Positions 46,656 to 57,008 are shown, counted from the first letter of the stretch. The stretch: 64,000 nt of DNA from Patescibacteria group bacterium (GCA_041661385.1 JBAZUP010000001.1:209692-273691); one strand, 5' to 3'. Made by a program: numbers and translations. Notes: generated from the sequence alone by a model not told the origin.

Positions 46656-48341
46656 TTATGCTAGTACTTCGGTGTGATCATGGCTGTGAGAAACTCGCAA
46701 ATCGCATCCCAATTTTTTTAAGGCGACTGATGTGTGCGGGAATACTCTACCTTCTTTTTCCAATCTATTAAAATGATGACTCTGACGCAATATTACCATC
46801 GAAAAAACATTTGTACCAGTAACATAAACTTTTTTATCTTGCTTTTCCAAAACTTCTACTATTTCGTCAAATGCATCAACCCCATCAAGATCAATAAAAT
46901 ATAATTCGCGCAAACGAAGAACTACATTCTCAACTCCACCCAAATCAGTTTCAAATCTAGAAATATGCGCCTGGCCATCCACATAAGTCAAATGACCCTT
47001 AATTGAGTAAACCAAGGTATGAGATTTTTCGGATATTTCTTCAATATCACAACCATGATAATGGCACGACACCGTATTCTCATCATCATTAACAACCATA
47101 TCAAATTGGCCTTTTGAAAGAGTGTCGAGGAAAATAATGAGCGATATCGCCGCACCAACCATAATACCAATTATTGGATCTTCATAAACGGTAATAGTTG
47201 CGACAATCATAGCAACGGCAAAACTTTTTTTATCAACATGCCACATCCTTTCTAAATGTTCACGCTCAACCATTTTAATAGCAACCATCGTTAAAATAGC
47301 AGCAATTACCGGTAAGGGTAAATATTTAAAATATGTTAAAAAGAATATTGAAATAACCGCTACCATAACAGAACTTACAAATGCCGAGGATCGATGAGTT
47401 GCTCCGCTTTTTATATTGAGCGCAGTACGCGCAAGTGCCGCCGTACTAGGAATTCCTCCCATAAAACCACAAACAATATTGGCAAGACCGAGACCGAACA
47501 TTTCTTTTCGTTTATCATGTTTAGTTTTGGTCATGCCGTCGGCAATCTTGGCCGATAACATTGTTTCGAGAATAGCAATAAGAGCGACGGTAAAAGCAGT
47601 AACAATAAGTGTGCGATTAAAACCGCCCACAAATGAAACTGATAAAAAAATTTTGGGAGCAATATCTGAATACCGCGAACCAAGCGTGGCAATTGTAATA
47701 GGAATAAATTTTGCTGTTGATAGATAACCTAAAACCATACCAAACGGCGCAACAATAGTTGCAGGTGGAAGTTGAGGAATAGAATGAAAGCGTTTTATTA
47801 ATCTTTCGATAACAAACATGGCGCCTAAAAATAGTGCAAATGTTATAAGCGCGACCCAGGAAACCGAACCAACGTGACGAATCGATTCAATCAAATTTTC
47901 AATAAATCGTTCGTGCGGCGGCAACCCTGATAAACCAAAAGCAAAATTAAAATTATTAAAAGCAATGATGAACGCGACGCCAAGCGTAAAACCCTGAATA
48001 GTATTAGCTGGAATATAAATTAAATATCGTTCAAGTTTTAACATCCAGGCAATTAAAATTAGTGCGCCAGCTGCCATCGCTAGAAGACCAAATTTATCCG
48101 GACCGTTGATAAATGCGAAAGTTGCTAAAATTCCTGAAAGAGCCCCGGTCGGACCAACGATATTAAAATTACTACCACCAAAAATACTGGCAAAAAGACC
48201 TGCCCAAATCGCCGTAATAATGCCTTGAGTTGGTGAAGCTCCAGCCGCGACCGCAAGAGAAATTGATAATGGAATAGCGACCAAAGATACCGTTAACCCG
48301 GATTTCCAGTTAAACCTGAGCTTTAAAAAAAATTCTTTCAT
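46656..48341 (-). CDS. SulP-family anion transporter with C-terminal STAS domain
   Basis: About 11 TM helices and the SulP N-terminal pattern (SLVAIPLSISLAVAAGASPTQGIITAIWAG). Confidence 0.8.
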   Translation of the reverse strand: MKEFFLKLRFNWKSGLTVSLVAIPLSISLAVAAGASPTQGIITAIWAGLFASIFGGSNFNIVGPTGALSGILATFAFINGPDKFGLLAMAAGALILIAWMLKLERYLIYIPANTIQGFTLGVAFIIAFNNFNFAFGLSGLPPHERFIENLIESIRHVGSVSWVALITFALFLGAMFVIERLIKRFHSIPQLPPATIVAPFGMVLGYLSTAKFIPITIATLGSRYSDIAPKIFLSVSFVGGFNRTLIVTAFTVALIAILETMLSAKIADGMTKTKHDKRKEMFGLGLANIVCGFMGGIPSTAALARTALNIKSGATHRSSAFVSSVMVAVISIFFLTYFKYLPLPVIAAILTMVAIKMVEREHLERMWHVDKKSFAVAMIVATITVYEDPIIGIMVGAAISLIIFLDTLSKGQFDMVVNDDENTVSCHYHGCDIEEISEKSHTLVYSIKGHLTYVDGQAHISRFETDLGGVENVVLRLRELYFIDLDGVDAFDEIVEVLEKQDKKVYVTGTNVFSMVILRQSHHFNRLEKEGRVFPHTSVALKKLGCDLRVSHSHDHTEVLA

Positions 48342-48479
48342 AGAATTTCGCTAATTAATGAGAAAAAGAAGAATTTATATGGCAATAGTATACGCCCATC
48401 ATTATTAATCGTCAATCGATATTGTGGAAAACCTTAATATTACTAAAAACACCCTACTTAGGGTGTTCTACGGTACAGC

Positions 48480-49070
48480 TTAAAGCTTAATAATTTCTGG
48501 CAATAATTCCCTAAAATCTGAGATAATTTTCAAAGGATTCCCCTTTTCTAGCCGGGTTCGATCGTGAAAGCCAAAGTCGACAGCAATAGTATTGAGCCCA
48601 GCTTTGTTCGCTTCCAAAATATCACCCAAAGTATCGGTAACAAAAATACTGTTGTGCTTAGCGATTCCGTACTCATTTTTTAGAGCATTAAACTTTTCAA
48701 TTTTTGACCGATGGGTTTCCACGCCAAGAACTTTTTTGAAAATATGAATAATATTATTATTTTCAAAATATTCATTTAAAATTAATTCTGAATTAGAACT
48801 AACGATAAATAACTCAAACTTATTTTTAATTTTTAAAAGCTCTTCTCGAATATGCTTCTCAATTTGTAAATCTTTAAATGCCTTGACTGATAGATCAATA
48901 AACTCTTTGGAATTTTGTTCATTAATTTTTTCATGTAAATATAAATTACCATTAAACATGTCCTTGTATTCTTCTACTGTGAACCCGTGAATTTGCTGAC
49001 TAATCGGATAAACCAAATCAAAGGTATCATGAATTACCCCGTCAAAATCAAATATTATCGACTTAAGCAT
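48480..49070 (-). CDS. HAD-superfamily hydrolase
   Basis: IIFDFDGVIHDT (DxDG motif I). A terminator hairpin lies at 48437-48465. Confidence 0.6.
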   Translation of the reverse strand: MLKSIIFDFDGVIHDTFDLVYPISQQIHGFTVEEYKDMFNGNLYLHEKINEQNSKEFIDLSVKAFKDLQIEKHIREELLKIKNKFELFIVSSNSELILNEYFENNNIIHIFKKVLGVETHRSKIEKFNALKNEYGIAKHNSIFVTDTLGDILEANKAGLNTIAVDFGFHDRTRLEKGNPLKIISDFRELLPEIIKL

Positions 49071-49071
49071 T

Positions 49072-50439
49072 TTATTCTCTGGGTTCAACATGAACAATTA
49101 CATTGTCGACATTACTGATGTTTTCTTTAATCATCAGTTTATATCGTCTGGCGACATTATGCGATGCCTCAATTGTTTCATTAGCATCGGCATAGCAATG
49201 TAATGTAATAAACATTTTGGCACCGATTTTTCTGACCAAAATATTATGAGGATCCTTAATAATTTTTAATCCCAATATCAAATCTGCGACTCGTTTTTTT
49301 ATATTTTCCACCTCTTCAGTCGGAAGTTTTTCACTGGTTGCCTCCTTCACAAGAAGCGGATCAACATGCGTATTTAATTCCACATCAAGTCCGACTTCAT
49401 TTTGAACATCTTTTTCCAGATGTTTTACAATTTTGTTCGCTTCGCCGACTGTGAGGCTACTCGGCAGTTCGAGGTCATAACTGACAAATTTTTTATCGCT
49501 TAAATTATCGATAACGATATTATGAACCGAGTGGCCATGTTTTGATGAAATTGTCCGAATAATATCTACCATCGTTTCATCTTTAAGCTGAATCGGTTTT
49601 GTGTGTACAACTATATCCGCGCCGGGAATTTTATCCTGTACGGCTTGCTTGGCTTTTTTTACGACTTCATCAACTTTAATGATTGAAAATCCCCGATTAA
49701 TTCCAACTTCAATTTCAATCGACACCGATGGACCGAGCGGTCTAACCCGAACTTTTTCCACATTAATTATCCCATCAATTTTTCCAACAATTTCTTTTAC
49801 AATATCGGTTATTCCTTCGGGGGCGGTATCGATAAGCACCGCAATCGTTCTTTTTCCAAGCCGGTACCCGGCAAACATCACGAAAAAAGATACTCCTATC
49901 GCGGCAAAAGTGTCGGCTCCTTTAACACCAATAAATACCAAAGCTAAACCAATCAAAACAACTGCCGAACTCCAGATATCCGAACTAAAATGCAAAGCAT
50001 CCGCTTCGAGCGCCTGACTATTTGTTTCTTTGGCAATTTTACTGAGTGCCCGGGAGCGAGAAATATCTATAATAATTGAAATAATTATTACCGCAAAAGC
50101 ATACCAGGTAATTTCCACTTCGGTATTTTTTGTTACAAGCCGGTGAACCGCTTCATATATAATCCAAGCACTAGTCAAAAATAAAAGACCGGTTTCAATG
50201 AGGGCGGAAACACTTTCAATTTTACCATGACCAAAAGGATGGTCGTCGTCGGCCGGTTTGTCGCTGACTTTTACTGCGAACAAAGTTAGTCCGGCTGCGC
50301 CAAGGTCGAGAGCGGAATGGGCGGCTTCAGAAATAATACCCATACTGCCGGTCATAATACCGACAACAAATTTCATGATAGTCATTCCTGCGCTCGCGAG
50401 AACTGAACTTAGAGCAACGGATTCTTTTTTATTCATCAT
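49072..50439 (-). CDS. Cation diffusion facilitator (CDF) family metal efflux transporter with an extended C-terminal cytoplasmic domain
   Basis: SEAAHSALDLGAAG (HxxxD) and 6 TM helices. Confidence 0.75.
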   Translation of the reverse strand: MMNKKESVALSSVLASAGMTIMKFVVGIMTGSMGIISEAAHSALDLGAAGLTLFAVKVSDKPADDDHPFGHGKIESVSALIETGLLFLTSAWIIYEAVHRLVTKNTEVEITWYAFAVIIISIIIDISRSRALSKIAKETNSQALEADALHFSSDIWSSAVVLIGLALVFIGVKGADTFAAIGVSFFVMFAGYRLGKRTIAVLIDTAPEGITDIVKEIVGKIDGIINVEKVRVRPLGPSVSIEIEVGINRGFSIIKVDEVVKKAKQAVQDKIPGADIVVHTKPIQLKDETMVDIIRTISSKHGHSVHNIVIDNLSDKKFVSYDLELPSSLTVGEANKIVKHLEKDVQNEVGLDVELNTHVDPLLVKEATSEKLPTEEVENIKKRVADLILGLKIIKDPHNILVRKIGAKMFITLHCYADANETIEASHNVARRYKLMIKENISNVDNVIVHVEPRE

Positions 50440-50452
50440 AAATTAGTTTGAA

Positions 50453-51016
50453 TCAGCGATTGCTCAAATTTTCAAATAATAACTTTGCCACCTTATTATG
50501 TGACTTCCACCCTATAATTGGCATATGATTTATTGGAAACCAGCGAATGTCTTTATTTTCCTCTGAATCATTATTAATAAGCGACCCAACATAATTATTA
50601 ACCTTATAAAAAATACTAAAATGTCCAGGGGATCTCGGATCATCTGATGTTTGCAATAAAAGAAAGTATTGATATTCTACCACCTTTAATCCAGTCTCTT
50701 CTTTAACCTCTCGAATTAAAGTCTCTTCCGGGTGTTCACCGTAATCAACAAATCCAGATGGAAACACCCACGTATCTTTATAAGGATCCCGTCCACGTTT
50801 TACCATAAGTACGTTTCCATCATTGACTATTATAGCACCGACTGCAGATGCTACATGAGGATAGTATATCCACTTACAATCAGTGCACCATTGCCTCGCT
50901 TTAGATTCTTCAATCTTCTTTTTTAAGGCTTTGCCACAATATGGACAAAATTTATATATTCTAGAATTTATAGTTATCATATTAATTTCTTTATTTGTTA
51001 ATTCAACTTTGCACAA
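50453..51016 (-). CDS. NUDIX hydrolase with N-terminal zinc ribbon (NudC-like)
   Basis: CPYCGKAL...CTDCKW and a Nudix box GFVDYGEHPEETLIREVKEETGL. Confidence 0.7.
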   Translation of the reverse strand: MCKVELTNKEINMITINSRIYKFCPYCGKALKKKIEESKARQWCTDCKWIYYPHVASAVGAIIVNDGNVLMVKRGRDPYKDTWVFPSGFVDYGEHPEETLIREVKEETGLKVVEYQYFLLLQTSDDPRSPGHFSIFYKVNNYVGSLINNDSEENKDIRWFPINHMPIIGWKSHNKVAKLLFENLSNR

Positions 51017-51046
51017 AATGTTTTTTTGATAAATACTACATTAAAA

Positions 51047-52234
51047 TTAAGCAAAATTTTGATCAATAATATTAGCAACCCTCTTCTGGTAATTTTCAAC
51101 TATTTTTTGCTGATTACCAGATGCCTCGTTTGATCCCCTAGCAAGCACAGTGGGGCGGCCTTGACCGGCTAAAACTTTTGATGCTGATGAAGTAGTTATA
51201 ACCCTGGGAAGAATATCAAATCGAACGGTATCGCACCCATAAGAAAATGATAAATTGATCATTCCAGCAAAACCTTTAGTGAGCCACGCTTCGTTAGCAG
51301 ATTTCATATTACGAAAATCAATACCGGCGGGCTGCTTAATATTTTTAGAGAGATAGTATAATAACTCATTTGATTCGGAAGATAACCACTCTTGATTACC
51401 CTTGATATATTCACGTATTAAAGCAGTGCGCTCATCTTCTATTCTAGGAATATATCTGTTAGTTAAACGATCGGTGTGTTTATCTGTAAATATATTCTCA
51501 ACTTGAGCGTATTCTTCTTGCATATCATGATATAAGGCCTTAATATCGGGGAATGTATTAAAAATATTTTCCTTATTATTCAACTGTAAAGATACATACC
51601 CATGCTGCATGTCGACCTCTTGTGATGCGAGAAAATTATTAAATAATTTTTGTTTTTTAATTGAATTCGCAACAAAATCCCTATATAATGGCGCGAATGG
51701 TTCTACAACGCTAAGCCGCTTAAACCAATTTAAATCCTTCCATGAAACTGGCGTTCTACAAGTTTCAACTTCATTATCCCTTGAAACATATATATGGGAG
51801 TGGAGTTTTGTTTGTATCGAATGCTGACCTGGTAAATTATCTTCAACATTATAACCTATAGATACATTTATTTCTCTACTATCAGCATCAAGTGTCTCTT
51901 GAGCAATTTTAGAATTTACTTTTAAAAACAACAATCCTTCATCGTCTTCAAGATCTTCAATAGTTTTTACTATTCTATCATCATTCCCAACGAACATATT
52001 AATGTCCTGGAATGTCCATGATGGAGATTTGGAGGTAAGTATATATTCTAGCCCTGTTCTTGGATGTTTTATCGTGCGCAATGGTTGAAGTCGTTCTTTG
52101 AACTCGCGCCAGGAAAGCTCATTAGCTTCTTCTTGAGAAATTATATCAGGATAATATTTCGGAGTTTCCATAGACCCAACCGACAAAGTCCTCCCCTTTA
52201 AAATTGATCTTAAAAAAGGATTTTTTTCAGACAT
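51047..52234 (-). CDS. Hypothetical protein (395 aa, soluble, no recognisable domain)
   Basis: Long uninterrupted ORF, monocistronic, adjacent to a tRNA-Ser and a tRNA 3'-half remnant. Confidence 0.35.
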   Translation of the reverse strand: MSEKNPFLRSILKGRTLSVGSMETPKYYPDIISQEEANELSWREFKERLQPLRTIKHPRTGLEYILTSKSPSWTFQDINMFVGNDDRIVKTIEDLEDDEGLLFLKVNSKIAQETLDADSREINVSIGYNVEDNLPGQHSIQTKLHSHIYVSRDNEVETCRTPVSWKDLNWFKRLSVVEPFAPLYRDFVANSIKKQKLFNNFLASQEVDMQHGYVSLQLNNKENIFNTFPDIKALYHDMQEEYAQVENIFTDKHTDRLTNRYIPRIEDERTALIREYIKGNQEWLSSESNELLYYLSKNIKQPAGIDFRNMKSANEAWLTKGFAGMINLSFSYGCDTVRFDILPRVITTSSASKVLAGQGRPTVLARGSNEASGNQQKIVENYQKRVANIIDQNFA

Positions 52235-52342
52235 ATAATTTTGAAATGCTATTTCATTGTGCTACAAAACGCCTTATGAGGCATCCTATTGAAATCTAGA
52301 TACAAAATTGAAGCACTTTAGTCATCCTATAAATAGACACTA

Positions 52343-52395
52343 TTCCGAGAGAGGTTCGAACTTTCGAGGCATTTGACGCCCTACACGACCCCAGG
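52343..52395 (-). other. tRNA 3'-half-like remnant (variable arm plus T-arm similar to the adjacent tRNA-Ser, no 5' half)
   Basis: Reverse-complement TCGTG-TAGGGCGTCAAATGCCTC-GAAAG-TTCGAAC-CTCTC parallels the tRNA-Ser 3' half GCGTG-TAGGGAGTCAAATCCCTC-GAGAG-TTCGAAT-CTCTC. Confidence 0.35.
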
Positions 52396-52439
52396 GATTC
52401 CTGCGAGACTTTTTAGATTTAACTTACAAGGCGGAGAGT

Positions 52440-52527
52440 GAGAGATTCGAACTCTCGAGGGATTTGACTCCCTACACGCTTTCCAAGCGTGCGCACTAGA
52501 CCAACTATGCGAACTCTCCACTCTATA
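52440..52527 (-). tRNA. tRNA-Ser (anticodon GGA), class II with long variable arm
   Basis: Acceptor GGAGAGT/ACTCTCC, anticodon stem CACGC/GCGTG with loop TTGGAAA, long variable arm, T-arm GAGAG-TTCGAAT-CTCTC. 88 nt. Confidence 0.65.
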
Positions 52528-53317
52528 AATTATCTCTCTTTTTAAATACCTGCCTGATTCTATCAGAAAAGATGGTCCCAGTCAATATTAATACAATGAT
52601 AATCATCCCCCATTGCGCTGCGGTAAGATGTAAATATCTTGGATCGCTATCTACCAAATCCGTCGCTCTTAAAAAATCTAAAAAGAATCGCCCGACAGCA
52701 TAAATCATGAACGAGTAAACCGAAACAATTCCCCAACGTTTAGAAATTAATTTATTAAATAATTTATAAAAAATCCCAAAAATTACAAAAACAAACAATG
52801 ATTCCAGTAAGCCCAGATCAAAACGGCTACCGTAAGGAAATTTTACTGCCAAAAAAGAATTCGACAGAATCCCAACATGATCATGTATAAGAAAACAACC
52901 AATTCTTCCAATTCCTTGACCCAAGAAATAACTAATCGCCATAATGTCTAAATATGGCCAAAAATCAATCATTTTAAAATGGCGAAGTTTTGCAAATAAA
53001 TAAATGGCTACCGCGGCGCCAAAAAAACCCCCAAGTGATGACTGTCCACCCTGCCAAAACTTAAGAATTTCGGACGGGTGAATAACGTAAAAATCAAAAT
53101 TATAAAAAACCACATGAAAAATCCTGGCAAAAAATATGGCTGATACCAGAACCCAAATAACAAGATCCAAAAAAACATCCTCGGACAAAAGATATTTTTT
53201 TGTTAGTTTACGGCCCAAAGTGACCGCACAAATAATGCCCGTCGCGACTAGTAAGCCCCAAACATGGATTGTTAAAAATCCAACAACGAAATAATTAAAT
53301 TGAAAATAAGGAATCAT
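52523..53317 (-). CDS. lgt: Prolipoprotein diacylglyceryl transferase
   Basis: GRIGCFLIHDHVG (Lgt signature G-R-x-G-C-F) and 7 TM helices. Confidence 0.85.
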   Translation of the reverse strand: MIPYFQFNYFVVGFLTIHVWGLLVATGIICAVTLGRKLTKKYLLSEDVFLDLVIWVLVSAIFFARIFHVVFYNFDFYVIHPSEILKFWQGGQSSLGGFFGAAVAIYLFAKLRHFKMIDFWPYLDIMAISYFLGQGIGRIGCFLIHDHVGILSNSFLAVKFPYGSRFDLGLLESLFVFVIFGIFYKLFNKLISKRWGIVSVYSFMIYAVGRFFLDFLRATDLVDSDPRYLHLTAAQWGMIIIVLILTGTIFSDRIRQVFKKRDNL

Positions 53318-53320
53318 ACA

Positions 53321-54691
53321 TTATGATTTCATATGCTTTACAATGTCCGACGGTTCATCAATTATCTTAATTAACAATTCATCTGGAGCGGAAATTGTTT
53401 TAAATTCTACATTTAAGTTGTGAATTATATCAAGCAATGGTTTCCAATATTCTTTTCCATATAACAAAATCGGCATAACTTCCATTTTCTTTGTTTCCTG
53501 CAGAGTTAAAAGCTCAAAAAGTTGATGCAAAGTGCCGAATCCGCCCGGAAAAAAAACAAAAAAATCAGACGGCGCGGTAATTATTAGTTTGCGGACAAAA
53601 GGAAAGAAAAAACCTTTTGATTTTGTAATATAATTATTAACCCGTTCCTTGCCATTCAATTGCATCGTAATACCGATACTCTCACCACCGAGTTCAAAAG
53701 CGCCCTTACTTGCAGCTTCCATAATACCAGGACCGCCGCCGGTAATAACCGTATATTTATTTTCTGCCAAAACCTTACCAACATTATAAGCTGCCTCGTA
53801 GTATGGTGAACCAGGCAAACAACTTTTGGTGCCGAGGAGGGTGACATTTTTATCAATTCTAGTCAAAAATTCAAAACCTTCAACCAACTCTGCCATAATT
53901 CGAAAAACTCGCCAATCAGTCGTACCTTCTTGGCAGAGCGGATTATGCGAATCGTTATCACAGACATTTGGTCGGTCAGTAATATCCTTTATGAGGTCAT
54001 AAGCTTCTTCCGCGGTTTCGACGATGTGCCAATGATTCATTTCACTGCTAGAAATAGAATGGACTTCTTCAACCGCGCGTTCACGCAAAAAATTTATAAT
54101 CGGCTCCCAATATTCTCTTCCGACCAAAACAATTGGCGCTTTATCCATGAAACCCATTTCCATATAATCCACCACTTCAAAAAATTCATCTAAGGTTCCA
54201 TAACCCCCAGGGAAAAAAACAAAAGCATTACCAGGAGAAGTAAGCATTACTTTTCTGGTAAAAAAATAATAAAAAGCGACCGCTTTTTTCACATAAGGAT
54301 TAATACGCTGTTCCATCGGTAATTGAATGTTGAGGCCGACCGATTCACCGCCAACTTCAAACGCGCCTTTGTTGGCCGCTTCCATAATACCGGGACCGCC
54401 GCCGGTAATGGTGGTAAAACCATTTTTTCCAAGCAGTCTGCCCAAATCCTCGGCTATTTTGTAATACTTATTGTTTGAAGGGATGCGCGCAGAACCAAGG
54501 ACGATAACTTCTTTAACAAGTTCACTTAAAAATTGATAACCTTCAACCATTTCAGTAACAATTCGAAAAATTCGCCAACTATCACGGTAATTTACCGCCG
54601 CGCCAGTAGTCTCCATATGATGGTGCACCTTGAGCGGACTTTCGTTATTGTGCGTGGCGTCATTATTATTTTTCTGATTTTTATCCGCCAT
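53321..54691 (-). CDS. Tandem-duplicated LOG/TIGR00730-family (cytokinin riboside 5'-monophosphate phosphoribohydrolase-like) protein
   Basis: Two complete LOG-like modules: TITGGGPGIMEAANKGAFEVGGESVGLNIQL...FPGGYGTLDEFFE and VITGGGPGIMEAASKGAFELGGESIGITMQL...FPGGFGTLHQLFE. Confidence 0.65.
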   Translation of the reverse strand: MADKNQKNNNDATHNNESPLKVHHHMETTGAAVNYRDSWRIFRIVTEMVEGYQFLSELVKEVIVLGSARIPSNNKYYKIAEDLGRLLGKNGFTTITGGGPGIMEAANKGAFEVGGESVGLNIQLPMEQRINPYVKKAVAFYYFFTRKVMLTSPGNAFVFFPGGYGTLDEFFEVVDYMEMGFMDKAPIVLVGREYWEPIINFLRERAVEEVHSISSSEMNHWHIVETAEEAYDLIKDITDRPNVCDNDSHNPLCQEGTTDWRVFRIMAELVEGFEFLTRIDKNVTLLGTKSCLPGSPYYEAAYNVGKVLAENKYTVITGGGPGIMEAASKGAFELGGESIGITMQLNGKERVNNYITKSKGFFFPFVRKLIITAPSDFFVFFPGGFGTLHQLFELLTLQETKKMEVMPILLYGKEYWKPLLDIIHNLNVEFKTISAPDELLIKIIDEPSDIVKHMKS

Positions 54692-54700
54692 AAAAAAATT

Positions 54701-56128
54701 TTAAACCTTGGTAAAAGCAAAACCAATATTCATTATTTCTCCTTCGTTTAACCGAGGACCAATAATTTGAATACCAACTGGTAAATTATTTTTGTTTTTT
54801 CCAGCTGGCACAGAAATTGCCGGCATTCCCGCTACGGCAGCGGGTCCAACCATTACATCCGCAAGATACATAGCAAGCGGATCGTTTGATTTTTCACCCA
54901 GTCCAAAAGCTGGAAACGGAGAAGTTGGCGTGATTAAAGCGTCAACTTCCTTAAAAACATTATCAAAATCCCGACGAATAAGAGTACGAACCTGCTGAGC
55001 CTTTTTATAATAAGCGTCATAATATCCCGCGGATAATGCATAGGTACCGATAAGAATACGGCGCTTTACTTCTTCGGGAAAACCATTTTTTCGTGATTCA
55101 GAATAAATCTGATATAAATTTTTATCCCCCACTCGTACTCCATACCGGATACCATCGAGCCGCCCCAGATTTGAACTATCTTCGCAGGGAACGATTATAT
55201 AATAAACTGCTGTTGAATATTTGGTATGCGGCAGACTAACTTCTTTTATTTTACAGCCGAGCTTTTTTAATTTTTCTATTGCCTTCATGGTAATTTCTTT
55301 CACTTCCGGATCAATACCTTCAATTTCAAAATATTCTTTTGGCAAACCAAGCGTTAACTTTTTAAGATCTTTGGACAAAAATTTATCATAATTTGGAACA
55401 GCATCCGGAACCGTGGTCGCATCAAGCGGATCCTGACCGGCAATCACTTGCATTACAATGGCCATATCCTCGACGGTTTTGGTAATGGGGCCAACAGTAT
55501 CAAGTGATGATGCCATGGGCATAATTCCAAAACGAGAATTACGGCCATAACTCGGTCGCAGCCCAACCACACCACAAAAACTTGCCGGCTGACGAATCGA
55601 ACCGCCGGTGTCTTCAGCAACAGAATATAAACATTGATTGTCCGCAACTGCCGCAGCTGAACCGCCCGATGACCCGCCGGCAACCTTGCTTAAATCTGCC
55701 GGATTTCGCACTGGACCGTACATGCTGTTTTCATTGCTAGCGCCATGACCAAATGAGTCACAATTGTTTTTTCCGACCAAAACCCCGCCTGCCTCCCTTA
55801 TTTTCTTGATGACAGTTGCTTCAAAAGGTGAAATATAATTATCCAAAATTTTTGCCGAACCAGTGGAACGAATTCCCATGGTATTAATTGCATCCTTTAC
55901 TGAAAAAGGTATACCCGTAAGCGGGCTCGCCTTGCCGTCGGCAATCATTTTATCGGCATTCTTAGCATCAACAATAGCACTCTCTTCGCAGACAGTAATA
56001 AAAGCGTTTATCTCAACATTTCGTTCTTTAATTCGTTTAAGACACGCTTCTGTAAGATCTACCGAAGTAAACTTTCCGGCTCGAAGACCTTCCGCCGCCT
56101 CTTTAATTGTCAGTTCATTTAATAACAT
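54701..56128 (-). CDS. gatA: Glu-tRNA(Gln)/Asp-tRNA(Asn) amidotransferase subunit A
   Basis: Amidase signature GGSSGGSAAAVA. The start was moved to the internal Met to abut gatC. Confidence 0.85.
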   Translation of the reverse strand: MLLNELTIKEAAEGLRAGKFTSVDLTEACLKRIKERNVEINAFITVCEESAIVDAKNADKMIADGKASPLTGIPFSVKDAINTMGIRSTGSAKILDNYISPFEATVIKKIREAGGVLVGKNNCDSFGHGASNENSMYGPVRNPADLSKVAGGSSGGSAAAVADNQCLYSVAEDTGGSIRQPASFCGVVGLRPSYGRNSRFGIMPMASSLDTVGPITKTVEDMAIVMQVIAGQDPLDATTVPDAVPNYDKFLSKDLKKLTLGLPKEYFEIEGIDPEVKEITMKAIEKLKKLGCKIKEVSLPHTKYSTAVYYIIVPCEDSSNLGRLDGIRYGVRVGDKNLYQIYSESRKNGFPEEVKRRILIGTYALSAGYYDAYYKKAQQVRTLIRRDFDNVFKEVDALITPTSPFPAFGLGEKSNDPLAMYLADVMVGPAAVAGMPAISVPAGKNKNNLPVGIQIIGPRLNEGEIMNIGFAFTKV

Positions 56129-56129
56129 A

Positions 56130-56420
56130 CTAATCTTCAAAAACTTCAGGAACAACCAATTCATTTAATTCTGTCATCGGCATTTGGCCAAGTATTTTTT
56201 CCTGACGCCCTGAATTTCGCGATATGTCATCACGAAAAACATCCGTGAGGCCGGTAACCTGAGAAGTGATTTCAATTCCGTCAGTATTTACCTCGTTTAA
56301 TATTGTCATGTAATCTAAAACAACAGAAATGGTTTCTGTGTAGCGCTTTTCTTCTTCTGGAGAAAGACCAATGCGCGCAAGTGATGCAATTTTTTTTACT
56401 TCAGCAATTGATAAAGCCAT
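56130..56420 (-). CDS. gatC: Glu-tRNA(Gln)/Asp-tRNA(Asn) amidotransferase subunit C
   Basis: MALSIAEVKKIASLARIGLSPEE, the typical GatC N-terminus. The ORF-track N-terminal 23 aa are likely spurious. Confidence 0.7.
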   Translation of the reverse strand: MALSIAEVKKIASLARIGLSPEEEKRYTETISVVLDYMTILNEVNTDGIEITSQVTGLTDVFRDDISRNSGRQEKILGQMPMTELNELVVPEVFED

Positions 56421-56582
56421 ATTTAAATGAGTGAACGAAATGAATCCATAACTCTGAAAACGAATGAAAATATATGGGACGAAATCCATATATTTATACT
56501 TCGCCAGTATATCATATATTTTAGGGCTTAGGCAAGAGAAAAATACTTGAATAATTCAGTTAAATGCTGTATAAATTGAGAT

Positions 56583-57008
56583 ATGAAAATTATCGTAAAA
56601 AACGAAAAAGAAACTATTTCAGAAGGTATAAAATTTAGCAGCCTGCTTACCGGCGGGATGATTTTATGTTTGCATGGTGAATTAGGCTCCGGAAAAACGA
56701 CTTTTACAAAAGGGTTGGCAAAAGGCCTGGGAATAAATATTGAAATTAAAAGCCCGACTTTTACTTTGATGAATATTTACAAAATTTCGAATAAGAAAAT
56801 TAAAACCCTCATTCATATCGATACATATCGATTAAAAAATGAACACGAATTAATAGAAATTGGCGCTGAAGATTATTTAGGTAATCCAGATACGATTACG
56901 ATTATTGAATGGCCGGAAAAAATAAAAACGCTTTTGATTAAAAAAAATGTGGCTGATATATATTTCAGCCACACTGCCAATGGTTTTAGGGAAATTACTT
57001 TTAACTAA
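56583..57008 (+). CDS. tsaE: tRNA threonylcarbamoyladenosine biosynthesis protein TsaE
   Basis: P-loop GELGSGKTTFTKG and about 140 aa. Confidence 0.8.
   Translation: MKIIVKNEKETISEGIKFSSLLTGGMILCLHGELGSGKTTFTKGLAKGLGINIEIKSPTFTLMNIYKISNKKIKTLIHIDTYRLKNEHELIEIGAEDYLGNPDTITIIEWPEKIKTLLIKKNVADIYFSHTANGFREITFN

Noticed and set aside
52330-52425. A second complete tRNA gene next to tRNA-Ser
   Set aside because: Only the variable-arm, T-arm and 3' portion can be folded. There is no complementary 5' acceptor strand or anticodon-stem 5' half. It is treated as a remnant rather than a gene, and tRNAscan should confirm.
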